From the NCBI RefSeq assembly GCF_028641065.1, contig NC_073395.1, positions 35,402,001 to 35,466,000 on the forward strand: DNA of 64,000 nucleotides, in the 5' to 3' direction. How positions within the stretch are numbered: the first letter of the stretch is position 1; the number at the start of each line of letters is the position of its first letter. Of this stretch, positions 52,011-64,000 are shown in pieces. The notes below the pieces were generated by a model. That model was not told the origin of the DNA. It searched no databases and worked only from the letters and a program-made list of their open reading frames with translations. The DNA comes from Leucoraja erinacea (taxonomy: Eukaryota). The translations under genes were made by a program, and so were the position numbers.

Positions 52011-53528
52011 AGAGGCTTTCTCACGGGGCGACTTGACGCAAAAGGTAACCAGAATTGAACATCGTGGGAACCTCGTACGATAACCGTACGGCATTCGTGG
52101 ACCATCGTGGACCACCGTGGCGCTGACGGCAGGTACTCGTGTAACTTGTTGACTCGGGAGAAATTTCAAGCAAGCTTGAATTTCTCCAAGAGTGACTTGT
52201 ACACTTGTGGTTGAACATTGAAACATTATATGGACGTAGTGGCCAGTGCGATATCCGTAATAACTCTTGCGTTTACCGTGGGAACTCCTGCGAACGGTGA
52301 ACCCGGAAGCTGGACAGAGGGGACAGAAGGTGAGTAAAAAGGTGGTCTCAATATCGCCAATGGAACATGTGTCCATCGAGGACGTCCCACCTCATTGTGA
52401 TTGTTGGAGAATCTTTTTCACTGGAACACTTGCAGAGATGGCTCCCAGAAAAGCTCAAAGAAAGGGGGTAAAGCATGTCAGAAAGGTTTTTGCCATGCAG
52501 GAGAATGAGGAGGAGACGCAGCAAGAGAGACAGGTGGAGAGGCAACAGGAGATGCCACAGATAACACTGCCTGTGGGCTCCTTGGAGCAGGGAGAGGGTG
52601 AGCAAGGTGGATTTTCAGATTGCCTCCCCAGTAGCCGTTGTAGGAATAGCCTCAACAGATATATAAGGGAAGATGGCAGAAGGTAAGGCCATATAACTTC
52701 ACCAGGGAACAAGAGGGTGAACTTGTAGAATGGTACCAATTCAACAAAATTCTTTACGATAAATCCAGAGAGGATTACAGAAACAGGGAGAAAAAACAGA
52801 ACCTGCTGGAGACGAAGGCTGCGGAGTATCCCGGGTGCTCATGTGAGTATATATAACGATATATTAGTACATCAACAGGAAAACCATTTAATGTTATCCA
52901 TGATTTAAAAACATACATTGCTATTGATGTAAAAGTACTGTTTTTAACTTAAACCTCTCTTATAAGTGTGTCTGTGCCCTGCAGCTGCAAAGTAAAAAAG
53001 TCGCAGACAGCTTTTACACGCTCTGTGTTTGAAGTTGGAATCATGAATCATATTGTCCAAATAGAGGTCTCCGTTGAAAGATGGGCTTCACCCAGTGAGA
53101 CTTCCCCTTAATTCTCTTTTTAATTAATCTCACCCTTCTGCCTTCACGCAAGCGTCCTCGATTCACATAGAGGGCTGCTGCAAACACCGCGTCAATGAAA
53201 AACACCACCATCCTGTACACGAAACTACTTAGTATAGGCATGTCTCCAAATGAGCCAATTCAACCAAGGGAGGATATTTATAGTGTGTGAAAAAAAAAGT
53301 GGCATCATTTGTGCCACGTGATGATTTAACAACACTTCACAGTTCACAATGTTCATTCAAGATTTAACGGGAAAGCTCAGGAGACGGACAAGTCACTTGC
53401 ACAAATAACAGAAATGCCGAGTACCCGTGGGAACTCTTCATCTACGTTATATCGTGTGATATCGTGCTAGACCACGACCACTTCACTCTGGTTACATCTT
53501 GCGTCAAGTCTCTTGGGGGAAAGCCCCA
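52011..53528. mobile_element. PIF/Harbinger deletion derivative retaining the 5' parts of both genes
   Basis: TTA TSD (52008-52010, 53529-53531). TIRs of about 45 bp (GGCTTTC...GACTTGACGCAA..GTAACCAGA). + strand: MAPRKAQ... then MADF/Myb-like FTREQEGELVEWYQFNKILYDKSREDYRNREKKQNLL. - strand: transposase N-terminus HWVKPIFQRRPLFGQYDS. Confidence 0.85.
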
Positions 53529-54000
53529 TTACTCGGGTAGCAATTGTTATACGATTTATAAATCAGTAAATATTGCACATCAAATTCTGATATATGAAAA
53601 TTAAAACACCAAAGCTAGCAACTTTTTTATGTTTCAATTTTAAAAGAATTGTATCAAAGTAAGACGGTAGAGCTATCCATGGTTTATGGTAATCTGGCAT
53701 GGCTGGTCTGGTACCCATGAATAAAAACATTTCCTCAATTAATTATTCACTGGTCAATGTCTCATTTCTCTTGATGCGGCATGGTTTTAGGAGAATGAAA
53801 ATTCTTAACTTCATTTAGGCTCATACTAAATCACTAATTTCTTTGTGCAGATTAAATTAATTGTGCAGGTTGCACATATAATTATGTCTATCTGGCTATG
53901 ATACTTCTTAACGCTCAAGAGTGTTATTTGTCATGCAGAAGAACAATGACATTCTTAGTTTTACAGGCACATTAGATGCAACAAAAAACAATGAATATGC

Positions 54001-57000
54001 TTTAGCGAGACAGGCAGGTTGTTAAATAATTTTATTTGGCAAACAAAATGATAATAAAACTCAATACACGCGTGCCTGGTCAGCTAACACTAGAATAGCG
54101 CCTGCTGCTGGGAGGAGCGCTGACAATCGACTAGAAAGTCTGCAAACGAACCCCCGTGGTCACGTGATCGGGCCAACCAATGACGAGGGTTTGAACTTCC
54201 CCAAACCACCACTAGGTGCCGCTACAGGACCCCCCCCAGAACCGGAGGAAAGGAACCAAGCGGGAGGCCGAATGAGGCGACCAATCCGAGTGGAGACACG
54301 AGGTACAGGATGAACTGGCGGAACAGAGCCAGCAGGCGGCAAAGTAACAGGAGAAACAGGCACAACATGTACGGCCAGCGGACGAACTCTACGTCAGGGT
54401 TGAGCCACCACCACCGGGCTATCGACAACCAGGTGGGCGGGCTTGAGGCGAGCCACTGAAACGATCTCCTCCCGACCCCCGACATCCAACAGAAAAGTTG
54501 TGATGCCGGGCCACAACACCCGGAAATTACCCTCATAGGTCCGCTGCAGCAGAGTCCAGTGCGAGTCCCTGCGGATAAAAACAAACAGGCAGTCCTTAAG
54601 CTCTGGCGGAACATAGACAAGAGCAATCCCATGTGGAGAGGTCGGGATAGGAGCCAGGCCGCCCACTTTCTCCTGTAGGTTCGCCAAAACAGACGAAGTG
54701 CGCTCTTGCAGCCCCCGACCTGCAGGAAGGAAATCCCCAGGCACCCGCAGCGGGGAGCCGTACACGAGCTCGGCAGATGACGTGTCCAAATCCGCCTTTG
54801 GGGCCGTGCGGACCCCCAGCAACACCCAAGGCAACTGGTCCACCCAGTCCAGGCCCGTAAATCGTGCCTTCAGCGCTGACTTCAAATGCTGATGGAAACG
54901 CTCCACCAAACCGTTGGCCTGAGGGTGATAGGCGGTGGTGTGATGCAGCTGCGACCCATACAGCTGTGCCAGAGCTGACCACAAGGCAGAAGTAAACTAG
55001 GCACCACGGTCGGTGAGGATGTCCACAGGTACAGCAAAACGAGCCACCCAGTGGGCCACGAGGGCACGAGCATAAGGCGCGGCGGAGGTGTCCGTGTTGA
55101 ACGGCCTCTGGCCACCTCGTGAAGCGATCCATGATGGTAAGCAGGTGCGTAGCACTGCAAGACGTCGGTAGCGGACCCACCAAATCAACATGGTTGTGCT
55201 CGAACCAATGAGGGGGAACCACAAAATCCTGAAGCGGCGCTCGCACATGTCGCTGGACCTTTGACGTCTGGCAGGGAATGCAGGCCCTAGTCCAGGCCAC
55301 AACCTGTTTATGAAGCCCCTGCCAGACAAACCTGTCCGTCACCAATGCAGAAGTCGCCCGGATGGAAGGGTGGGCCAGACCGTGGACAACGTCGAACACA
55401 CACCGCCGCTAACCCACAGGGACGATGGGGCGTGGCCTCCCGCAGAGAACCGTCACACCTGCAGGACCGAACATCGGCCTATACCAATCCAGACGCTGCT
55501 GTCCAATAGGCGTCCAACTCACCGCCCTCGCATTGTGCAGCACCGAGCCCAGAATAATCCATGCCCGGGTCCACGGACAACATGGCCGGGACTGCAGGGC
55601 GAGACAAAGCGTCCACGACCAGGTTCAGCTTGCCTGCCACGTGCTAGACATCGGTGGTGTACTCTGACACAAACGCCAGGTGCTGCTGTTGCCGAGATGA
55701 CCAGTGGTCAGACACCTTTGTAAACGCAAACGTGAGGGGCTTGTGGCCTGTGAACGGCGTGAAGGGTCTGCACTCGCGGAAATGACAGATCGCCAAATAA
55801 AGGGCCAGGAGCTCTTGATCAAACACGTGTAGCTCCGCTCCGGAGGATGTAGGTGCCGGCTGAAAAAGGCAAGCGGTTGCCAGCATTCTGTCAATAAATT
55901 GCTCCAGGACCCCTCCGTCAGCAGTATACGAGGCGTCCACGGTGAGGGCGGTCGGAGCAGCAGCCCGTGGGTGCACCAGCATGGTGACCTTGGCTAGCGC
56001 CTCCTTAGCACCGTCGAAGGCAGCCGCGGTCTCGGCGTCCCACACTAGGTCCCGCGGCTTTCCGACCAAGCACTGGAACAAGGGCTGCATGATCCGGGCC
56101 GCCGACGGCACAAAACTATGATAGAAATTCACCATGCCGACGAACTCCTGTAGCCCCTTGATGGTGAGTGGCCGGAGAAACTGCCGAATAGCCTCCACCT
56201 TAGCAGGAAAAGGTGCAGCACCCTGTGAGGTGACATGGTGTCCCAGGAAGGAAATAGAGCAGAGCACAAACTGATATTTGTCGGGGTTGATCACCAGCTC
56301 GTATCCTGAAGCCACTGGAACAGTACCGGGAGGTGCGCGCAGTGTTCCTGGTGGGGGCAGTTAGAGACCAGAATGTCATCCAGGTACACAAACACGAATT
56401 CCAACCCCCGACCCACCATATTGATCAACCGCTGGAAAGCCTGGGCGGCGTTCTTCAACCCGATCAGCATCTGCAGCCATTCAAATAGGCAATACGGGGT
56501 GATGATGGCGGTCTTCGGCACATCATCGGGGTTGACGGGAATCTGGTGGTAGCCGCGCACCAGATCCACCTTGGAAAAGATGGTAGTACCGTCCAAGTGC
56601 GTTGTGAAGTCTTGAATGTGCGGGACTGGGTAGTGATCAGCGGTCGTGACCACGTTCAGGCGGCGGTAATCCCCACATTGTCTCCACCCCCCAGATGTAA
56701 TGGGGAAGTCCACATGCTGTTGGAGCGCTGCACAATCCCCATGTCCTCCCTTTGCCGGAACTCTTCCTTGGTGAGATGCAACTTGTCGGGCAGGAGCCTG
56801 CGCGCCCTTGCATGCAGTGGAGGGCCGGCAGTAAGAATATGATGGACCACCCCATACTTAGGGGCAGCTGCGTGAAAGCGTGGGGTCAGATGCTCCGGGA
56901 ATTCAGCCGGTGTGGGAACATATGCCCCACCCACATCCATCACAGATCCGAGGTGCGGGTCGGAGTGAACTGCGGGCCGCGAAGGCGTGGCCCCGGAGTA

Positions 57001-58255
57001 GTCCGGAGGCATGAGCCTCTGGCCCCGCACGCCTACCAGTAGAGAAAAAGCCCGCAAAAAATCGGCGCCCAGCAACGGCTGGGAAACGTCCGTGATAGTA
57101 AAAGCCCACAAGTAACGGCGGGAGTCGAGGAGGAGGGAAAGGGTCCGAGTGCCGTAGGTGTGGATGGGGCTGCCGTTGACGGCGGTCAGGGCGGGGCCAT
57201 GCTTATCGGCATGAGTATCGAGCCCAGACGGAGGAAGGATGCTCAGCACAGCGTCAGTGTCCACAAGGAAGCAAAGTCGGGAATGGCGATCCCGGACATA
57301 GAGGCAATGGTTCTGGCCGACCTCGATAGCCTCTACTGGCGATCGGCCGAGGCATTTCCCGAAAACGAGCAGGTCTCTTATTGCGGTCTCTGGCGGTCGA
57401 CTGCGGCGCGGCGATGGCAGCGGAGGGCTGGACGTCTCTGCGAGGCTGCTGGTGCGAAGGCGTGGACACCCAGCTGATGGGCCCGCCGTCCAGCTGTTTG
57501 ACAAGCCACAGTTCGTCGACCTGTTCAGCGAGCTGCAGGGGGGCGGTAAAATCTGACTCAGCGAGGAGCATGTGGATGTTGTCGGGCATCTGCTCGAGGA
57601 AGGCCTGCTCGAACAGGAGGCAGGGCTGGTGGCCATTCATAAGAGTGAGCATATCGCTCATCAGCGCAGACAGCTTACGATCGGTGAGGCCATCCATGCG
57701 ATCGCGCCGACTGAGCCGGAAAGTGTCGAGCAGCAGCGCCTTAAGGCCTTCATACTTGCCAAATGCAGGCAGATTTTGCAGGTACGGCAGCAATCGGGTG
57801 GCAGTCTCCTGACTGAGCACTCCCCACCATGTAGAAGTAACCGGTGGCATCCGCGACGATGTTGCGGAGTTCGAATTGAGCCTCAATGTGGGTGAACCAC
57901 ACTTGAGGCTGTACCGCCCAGAAAACGGGCAGTTTCAGGGCAACTGCATTTTGCTGGGTGGGCTGCACGTTGAGGTTTTTGGCGGCTTTCATTGTAAAGA
58001 TCCGAAAAAACATTCGTACCAGCGGGGTCACCATTTCAGCGAGTCAGGCAGGTTGAGTTAAATTTTATTTGGCAAACTAAACGATAATAAAACTCAGTTT
58101 TACATGCCTGGTCAGCTAACACTAGAATAGCTCCTGCTGCTGGGAGTGCTGACGACTGACTAGAAAGCCCGCGAACGAACCCCCGCGGTCATGTGATCGG
58201 GCCAACTAATGAAGAGGGTTCGAACTTCCTCAAACCACCACCAGGTGCTGCTACA
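54001..58255 (-). mobile_element. Gypsy LTR retrotransposon (CsRn1-like), both LTRs present, decayed
   Basis: LTRs at 54001-54226 and 58035-58255; 4-bp TSD ATGC. PBS TGGTGACCCCG (tRNA-Trp type) at 58023-58033; G-rich PPT at 54227-54240. gag LKLPVFWAVQPQVWF; protease FLVDTDA; RT CGDYRRLN/VYLDDILV; RNase H TVDAS/ELLALY; integrase HPSIRAT..CIPCQ and YHPQANGLVERFH. Confidence 0.95.
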
Positions 58256-58559
58256 ATGCAATAAATTATCAGTTATTCGAAGTGAACTAGACCATGATGG
58301 TGCAAGAATCAGATTATGTAGAGCAAACCAAGGCACTGCAAAGTCCGTGGTGGCAGGGTTGTGCAGGTGGTTCAAGATGCTGGTAACGGTTCTAAGGCTC
58401 CTCTACCTTCTTCCCAATGGTAGCAGCATGAATAGAGCATGACTGGTGTGGGTCTTTGATATTGACTGCTTTCTTGGCAGCACTTCTTGTAGGTCCCTTC
58501 GAAGGTGGATTGGTCACTATTCATGATGGACCTGGCAATGTCCACCACTTTCTGCCGTC

Positions 58560-58945
58560 TATTATTTTCACGAATTCAGATTTCTAAAACCTAAATCAAA
58601 AATACAACTCCCCCTATTCCCTTTCCCCCTGCTTCTATCATGCCGGTAGCACCTATACCATGGAATATTAAGCTGCCAGTCCTGATCCTCCATTAGCCAT
58701 GTTTCTTTAATGGCTCTCATATCCCAGTCCCACAAACCTATCCATGACCTGAGTTCATCCATTTTGCCTGGAGGTAGTTGAGGCAGATACTACTGCAATG
58801 TTTAAGAAACATTTAGACAGGTGCATAGATAGGATAGGTTTAGAGGGATATGGGCCAAATTCAGCAGGTGGGACTACTGTAGAAGGGACATGTTGGGCAA
58901 GTTGGACCGATGGGCCTGTTTCCACACTGTATGACCCTATAACTA
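58560..58945. mobile_element. CR1 fragments in opposite orientations
   Basis: - strand endonuclease remnant (IKETWL..DWQLNIPWYRCYRHDR) joined to a + strand 3' end (FKKHLDRC...GLEGYGPN). Confidence 0.7.
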
Positions 58946-59387
58946 TCTTAATACCATGCAATAACAGGTTTATTATTAGTGCCCCTATAATGGCAAACAT
59001 GAGGATTGTAGATTTAGGATTTGAGGAAGGTAAAAGATTTTTTAAAGTGCTTATAAAAATAGTTTTCACATGAATGAAAAAAGTGAATTCGCAACCACTG
59101 CAGAACTAAATAAGGTGAAAGTAATGCATATAGACCAAACGGGATGTGTACAATTTGTACATAATGGGAAGAAAAAATATTAATATAACTTACTCAGAGA
59201 TCAGCAAACCTCCTTCCTCCCTACCACTCCAAAATATTAACGTGAACTTCCACGTAGCATTCTTGTACCCTACCTCTGGACTTGGTCTCAGTAGAATGCA
59301 AAAGTGCAGTGTTTATTCAGCAAGGCCATAGAGTACAATCCCTGTGCATTACCAATGCTTGGCCCATCTGCATCATCCATCTTTCTA

Positions 59388-60788
59388 TCTATATTACTAA
59401 AAGTCTGATCTTGACTGCTTTTGGCCCACTGTGGTGCGATTTCTGAGAGAACGCCGCCACCTACGGCTGTCATTTTTGGCCACCCCGCTCAAAGCCCAAG
59501 TCCGCCTTCCTGGACCAGAGGATTTTTCCCATCAATGAAAAATCAGAGATATTATTATTTTTTTAATTGCCATTCTCTCTGCTGCCACTGCTGGAGGGAG
59601 AGGGAGGGACTATAAAACCAGGAAGTGGTGTGCCTCACTCAGTCTCTGCAAGATGGAGGAAGCCAGTGGATCACATCTCTCTGAGCTCTGAATAACACTG
59701 AACACATGTCTAATCAACTGTGAGCCCCTTAATGTGGTTTGAAAATGAAAATATGGTTGGTTTAAAGTAAAAAGACACTGCCTGCAAATGGTTGTTTGGG
59801 TGCTTTGGGTTGAAGTTAAAAGGCAATATTGCAAATGGTAGTTTGGGTGCTTTGGCTTGAAGTTAAAGGGCACTACTGCAAATGGTGGTCTGCGTGCTTT
59901 GGCTTGAAGTTAAAAGGCACTACTGCCAATGGTGGTCTGGGTACTTTGGCTTGAAGTTAAAAGGCGCTACTGCAAATGGTGGTTTGGGTGCTTTGGGTAA
60001 CCCTGTTTGCACAGTATATTGATTTTAGATAAAACGCTACCACTTACGGCTGTGATTTTTGGCCACCTTACTCAGTCCTCCGCCGCTCAGCAGGTGCAGA
60101 GGATTCTTCCCATCAATGAAAAATAAAAGTGTTATTCGTGTTTAAAAAATGTTGAGAATCTCTCTCCTGTCAATCACGCCATGAAGGCCACATCTTTTCC
60201 GGTGGGAGGGGGAGGGGTTATAAAACCCGGATGTGTGTCTCAGTCTCTGCATGATGGGGGAGGGAGAGGTCACGACTCTGTCTGAGCTGTGAATCAACTG
60301 AACACACAGAATGTCTACTGAACTGTGAGTTTGGTGTTTAGTGTGATCTTATGGTGGTTTCACCCTGCATGAAATGGTATGAAGCTGCATTTGAATTTGG
60401 TGGCCTTGCACCCTGCTTGATATGGAATGAAACTGCACTTGAATTTGGCGGCCTTGTACCCTGCTTGAAGTGGTATGAAACTGCACTTGAATTTGGTAAC
60501 GTTGCACCCTGCTTGAAATGGTAGGAAAATGGATTTGAATTTGGTGACCTTGCACCCTGCTTGAAATGGAATTTCAAGGAATAGCCATGAGTCAACTGCC
60601 AGCCCACCAGCCGTGAGCGAGCTGTCAGCACATCAGGCTTGAGGGACTGAGCTGCCACCCCAAAAAACCATACCAGCGCTCCAGAAAGCCCCCCCCACTG
60701 GCCACCAATATTGGAATTGGTGGAGAGGTGGAATATTGCGTCGGGGGACCAGCCCTCCCGTGTGAACATGGGACCCAACTTAGTCTAG
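59388..60788 (+). mobile_element. Non-autonomous Helitron with internal minisatellites
   Basis: 5' A|TCTATATTACTAAAAG; 3' GGGACCCAAC..TTAGTCTAG (hairpin partly deleted). 3' region CCAATATT..TGG shared with 2589-2974. Tandem repeats of about 47 bp at about 59770-59995 and about 48 bp at about 60360-60570. Confidence 0.75.
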
Positions 60789-63700
60789 TCTATAACTAAA
60801 ACTCATCTTGTCCCCTTCCCGTTTGCGTTGTTTTTTAATTTGCGCAAAAACGGTACCGGTGAGCGCTACGATTTTTCGCCACCTTACCTGTCATTCTCCT
60901 GTGCTGCCAGTGCACCAAGTTTTGTTCGGATCGGTGAAATATTACAAAAGCTATTGGTCTTCTCTCCTGTCATTCGCTGCAACGGCGATGCCTCTTCCGG
61001 AATCCGCTGTCAATCACCGGCGGCGAGAAGAATAAAGCTGAAGGAACAGTGTGTGGGCATAGGCTGTGTCCGTGGGCAGGGGCGACCACCACCACCATGA
61101 CACGCGAGCCGCTGAGTGCATCCGGGGCCGGGAACTGCTGAGTGAGGCTGGAGCCGCTGTGTGAGGACGGAGCCGGTGCCGGGAGCCGCTGTGTGAGGAC
61201 GGAGCCGGTGCCGGGAGGTCAAATCCGGGGCCGGGAGCCGCTAAGTGCGGCAGGAGCTGCTGAGTGAGTCTGGAGCAGAGGCCGGGAGCCGCTGAGCTCA
61301 CACACCCCCCCCTCCCACATACATTCCCTCCCCTACCCCCCACACCCACCATGCCCACAAACCCCCCTCCCCCCACATGCATCCCACCCACACACCCTCC
61401 CCCCCCACACCCCACACCACCTCTGCCCACAAGCCCACCCCCCCACAATCCTCTCACCCCCCACACCCCGCCACACAGCGGTAGGCCGCGGCAGCGGCAG
61501 GGGTAGGCCATGGCAGCGGTAGGCCACGTTAGTGCTCACTCCCTATCGGCCCCCGCCTGAAGCCGTCCTCCTCCCCTGGCTACAGAACGCTCCCGCCGTC
61601 CCATGCCTAAAGCCGTCCCCGTCCCCAACTGCAGGACGTTCCCCCCCCCACCACCGGAAGCTGTCCCGTCCCCAGTTGCACGACACTTGGCAGTGGCAGC
61701 CGTAGGCCACGACCGCGATAGGACACGGCAGCAGCAGGGTTGGCAGCGGTAGGCCAGGCCGGCGGTGGGCCACGACAGCGGTAGGCCACGGCAGCAATAG
61801 GCAGTGGCAGGGATAGGCAGCAGAAGGCCCTGGCAGCGGAAGGCCACGGCAGCAGCAGGCCATGGCAGGGGTAGGCCGTGGCAGTGGCAGGCCATGACAG
61901 CGACAGGCCACGGCAGCGCCCCCCGGCAGGCCCCGCCTGAAGCCGCACCCCGTCCCCCGGCTGCAGAACGCTCCCGCCGGCCCTCGCCTGAAACCATCCC
62001 CAGCTGCAGTCCATTCTGTTCACAACACCTGTACTAGCCCAAGAAAAGTCCCTTCAGCCCACAATGTCTTACTAGCCCTCTGGAAACCAGTACCTTTGGC
62101 CCACAACATTCGTATCAGCCCTGCAGAAAGTCCCCCCCCCCGCCCCACCCCGGCCACCGCCTGAAGCCCTCCCCCTCCCCCTCCCCAGGCTGCAGGAAGC
62201 TTCCCCCACCACCGGCCCACGACAGCCACAGCAGCCGTCCCCCTCCCGCGGCTGCTAGACGCTCCCTCCCCCCCCCCCCCCCCCCCCCCCCCCCCCACTG
62301 GCCCTCGCCTGAAGGCCGTGGCAGCGACAGGCCACGGGGGCAGCAGGCCATGACATCGATAGGCAGTGGCAGGGGTAGGCAGTGGCAGGGTTATGGGCCT
62401 ATCCCACTTGGGCGACTTTTTAGGTGACTGCAGGAGACTTTGCAGTCGCCACATGGTCACCACATGTTCGCAGGTGGTTGCCGGGGAGTCGCCTTCATGG
62501 TCATGAGGAGTTCTCACATTTTGGGAACTAATTGCGGCCTCATTATGGTCACTGAGAATTTTTCAACATGCTGAAAAATGAGCAGTGACTAGAATTAAGT
62601 CGCCATGGAGAGTAGCAAGAATTCTCGAGCCGTAGGTGGGTCGCCAGGAGGTCGAAGGTTCTCTGAGGTTCTCGTAGGTTGGAGCCAGTGCTGACCGGTG
62701 AATTTCATTGGCGCATTGGGAGAAAAAAATAGATAAGTAGTTTTCAGAGCCAAGGAACCAACCGGTAATGTTAAATGTCCGCCGAACATCACAGCCGTGT
62801 ATCTCTGGCTTCTTAAAGATTGTCTCCACTCCTTCTCCCCCCCCCCCCTCTTTTACTGTACACGTACTGTACACTGTGCTTTAGTTGTCTTAATTATAGC
62901 GCCAACCTTCCTGTTCATCGCGGTATGTGCCTGTATCACCTTGGCTTTGCACCGTGGGAATTTTATAGACAGCGCTCCCTGGCCCCCTTCTTTGCGATGC
63001 GTTTGTGTGCATGTGTCGCTGGTAGTCCGCTGAAAAATTGCCTCAGTGGGACAGGCCCAGTAGGCAACAGTAGGCTACGACAGTGGTAGGCCACGGCAGC
63101 GCTCCCCCCTCTCCCCACCCAGCCCCCCGACTGAACCCGTCCCCCTCCCCCAGCTGCAGGACGTTCCACCGCCCCCCCCAACTGGCCCCCGCCTGAAGCT
63201 TGTGGGAGCGGCAGCAGCAGGTAGTAGGCCACAAAAGCGGCAGGCCACGGCAGCGACAGGCCATGGCAGCGGTAGGCTACAGCAGCAGTAGGCCACTGCA
63301 GCGCTCCCCCTCTCCCCATCGGCCCCCAATAGGCCCCACCTGCAGCCGTCCCCCTCCCCCAGCTGCAGGACGCTCTCCTCCCCCCCCCCCCCCGATAGCC
63401 CCCAACTGAAGCTGCCCCCTCCCATGGCTGCAGGACGCTCTCCTCCCCCCCCCCCACTAGCCCTCGCCTGAAGCCATCCCCCTCCCCCAGCTGCAGAACG
63501 CAACAAGAGACGCAACAAGAAAGAATGGACTGAATAAATCTCATCTTTAACGTTTAAATTGTTGTTATATTTTAAGTTATTCACATTTTAAGCTTTTATA
63601 AATCCCTTTTTCACTTGCTGTGGTTGAGGGGGTATAGAGTGAGTGCAGGACGCTACCCGCAACCGGCCCCCGACAGCTCTCGACTGAAGCCGCCCCCCCA

Positions 63701-64000
63701 CCGACCCCCGACAAACCCCCGTCTGAAGCTGTCCCCCCTCTATCGGCTGCAGGATGTTCTCTCCTCTCCCACCCCCCCCCCAACAGCCCCCTGAAAGTCG
63801 TCCCCCTCCCCCACTGCAAGATGCTCCCCACTGGTCCCCGCCTGAGGCTGGTGGGGAGCGGCAGCGGTATGCCACAACAGCAATAGGCCACGGCAGCGCT
63901 CCCACCCCCACCCCACCGGCCCCCGCCTGAAGCCGTGCCCCTCCCCAGGCTGCAAGACGTTCCCCCTCCCCCCACCGGCCCCCGACAGTCCCCGCCTGTA
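60789..64000 (+). mobile_element. Second Helitron-like element with GC-rich minisatellite arrays, running off the window
   Basis: Starts TCTATAACTAAAAC immediately after the CTAG of the previous element. Repeats such as GGCAGCGGTAGGCCAC and CCCCGCCTGAAGCCGTCCCCC follow. 3' end not seen. Confidence 0.6.
62394..63059. mobile_element. PIF/Harbinger-like MITE nested in the minisatellite array
   Basis: TIRs TGGGCCTATCCCACT / AGTGGGACAGGCCCA, flanked by TTA/GTA; same TIR family as 1467-2052. Confidence 0.72.

Noticed and set aside
59770-60570. CRISPR-like repeat arrays
   Set aside because: Tandem minisatellites without unique spacers, inside a Helitron; eukaryotic context and no cas genes.
61000-64000. 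Numerous Gly/Pro/Cys-rich ORFs
   Set aside because: Artefacts of GC-rich low-complexity repeats that are open in several frames.

Overview
Eukaryotic (vertebrate) genomic DNA, repeat-rich. The repeat landscape (CR1, Penelope-derived foldbacks, Rex1, HERO) suggests a cartilaginous fish, probably a skate or ray; this is inference. Two host genes lie on the + strand. The first is the last three coding exons of SLC35E3 (1011-5540), whose final intron is a U12-type minor intron. The second is a complete 9-exon twinfilin-1 gene (CDS 13788-49389, 346 aa as reconstructed), with an apparently shifted exon-5 donor and a Met-Cys N-terminus. The rest is mostly transposable elements: an IR/DR Tc1 just after the SLC35E3 stop codon; a 7-bp-TSD TAG..CTA DNA transposon in two copies; a hAT carrying nested L1 and Rex1 and long hairpins; Harbinger derivatives; Helitrons (two fused head-to-tail); a HERO-type RLE LINE; a CsRn1-like Gypsy; and a DIRS-type tyrosine-recombinase retrotransposon containing a 5' U2 snRNA fragment. 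There is also a family of short foldback elements with long TSDs that carry a minimal hammerhead-ribozyme motif. All calls come from reading the sequence; no database searches were run.
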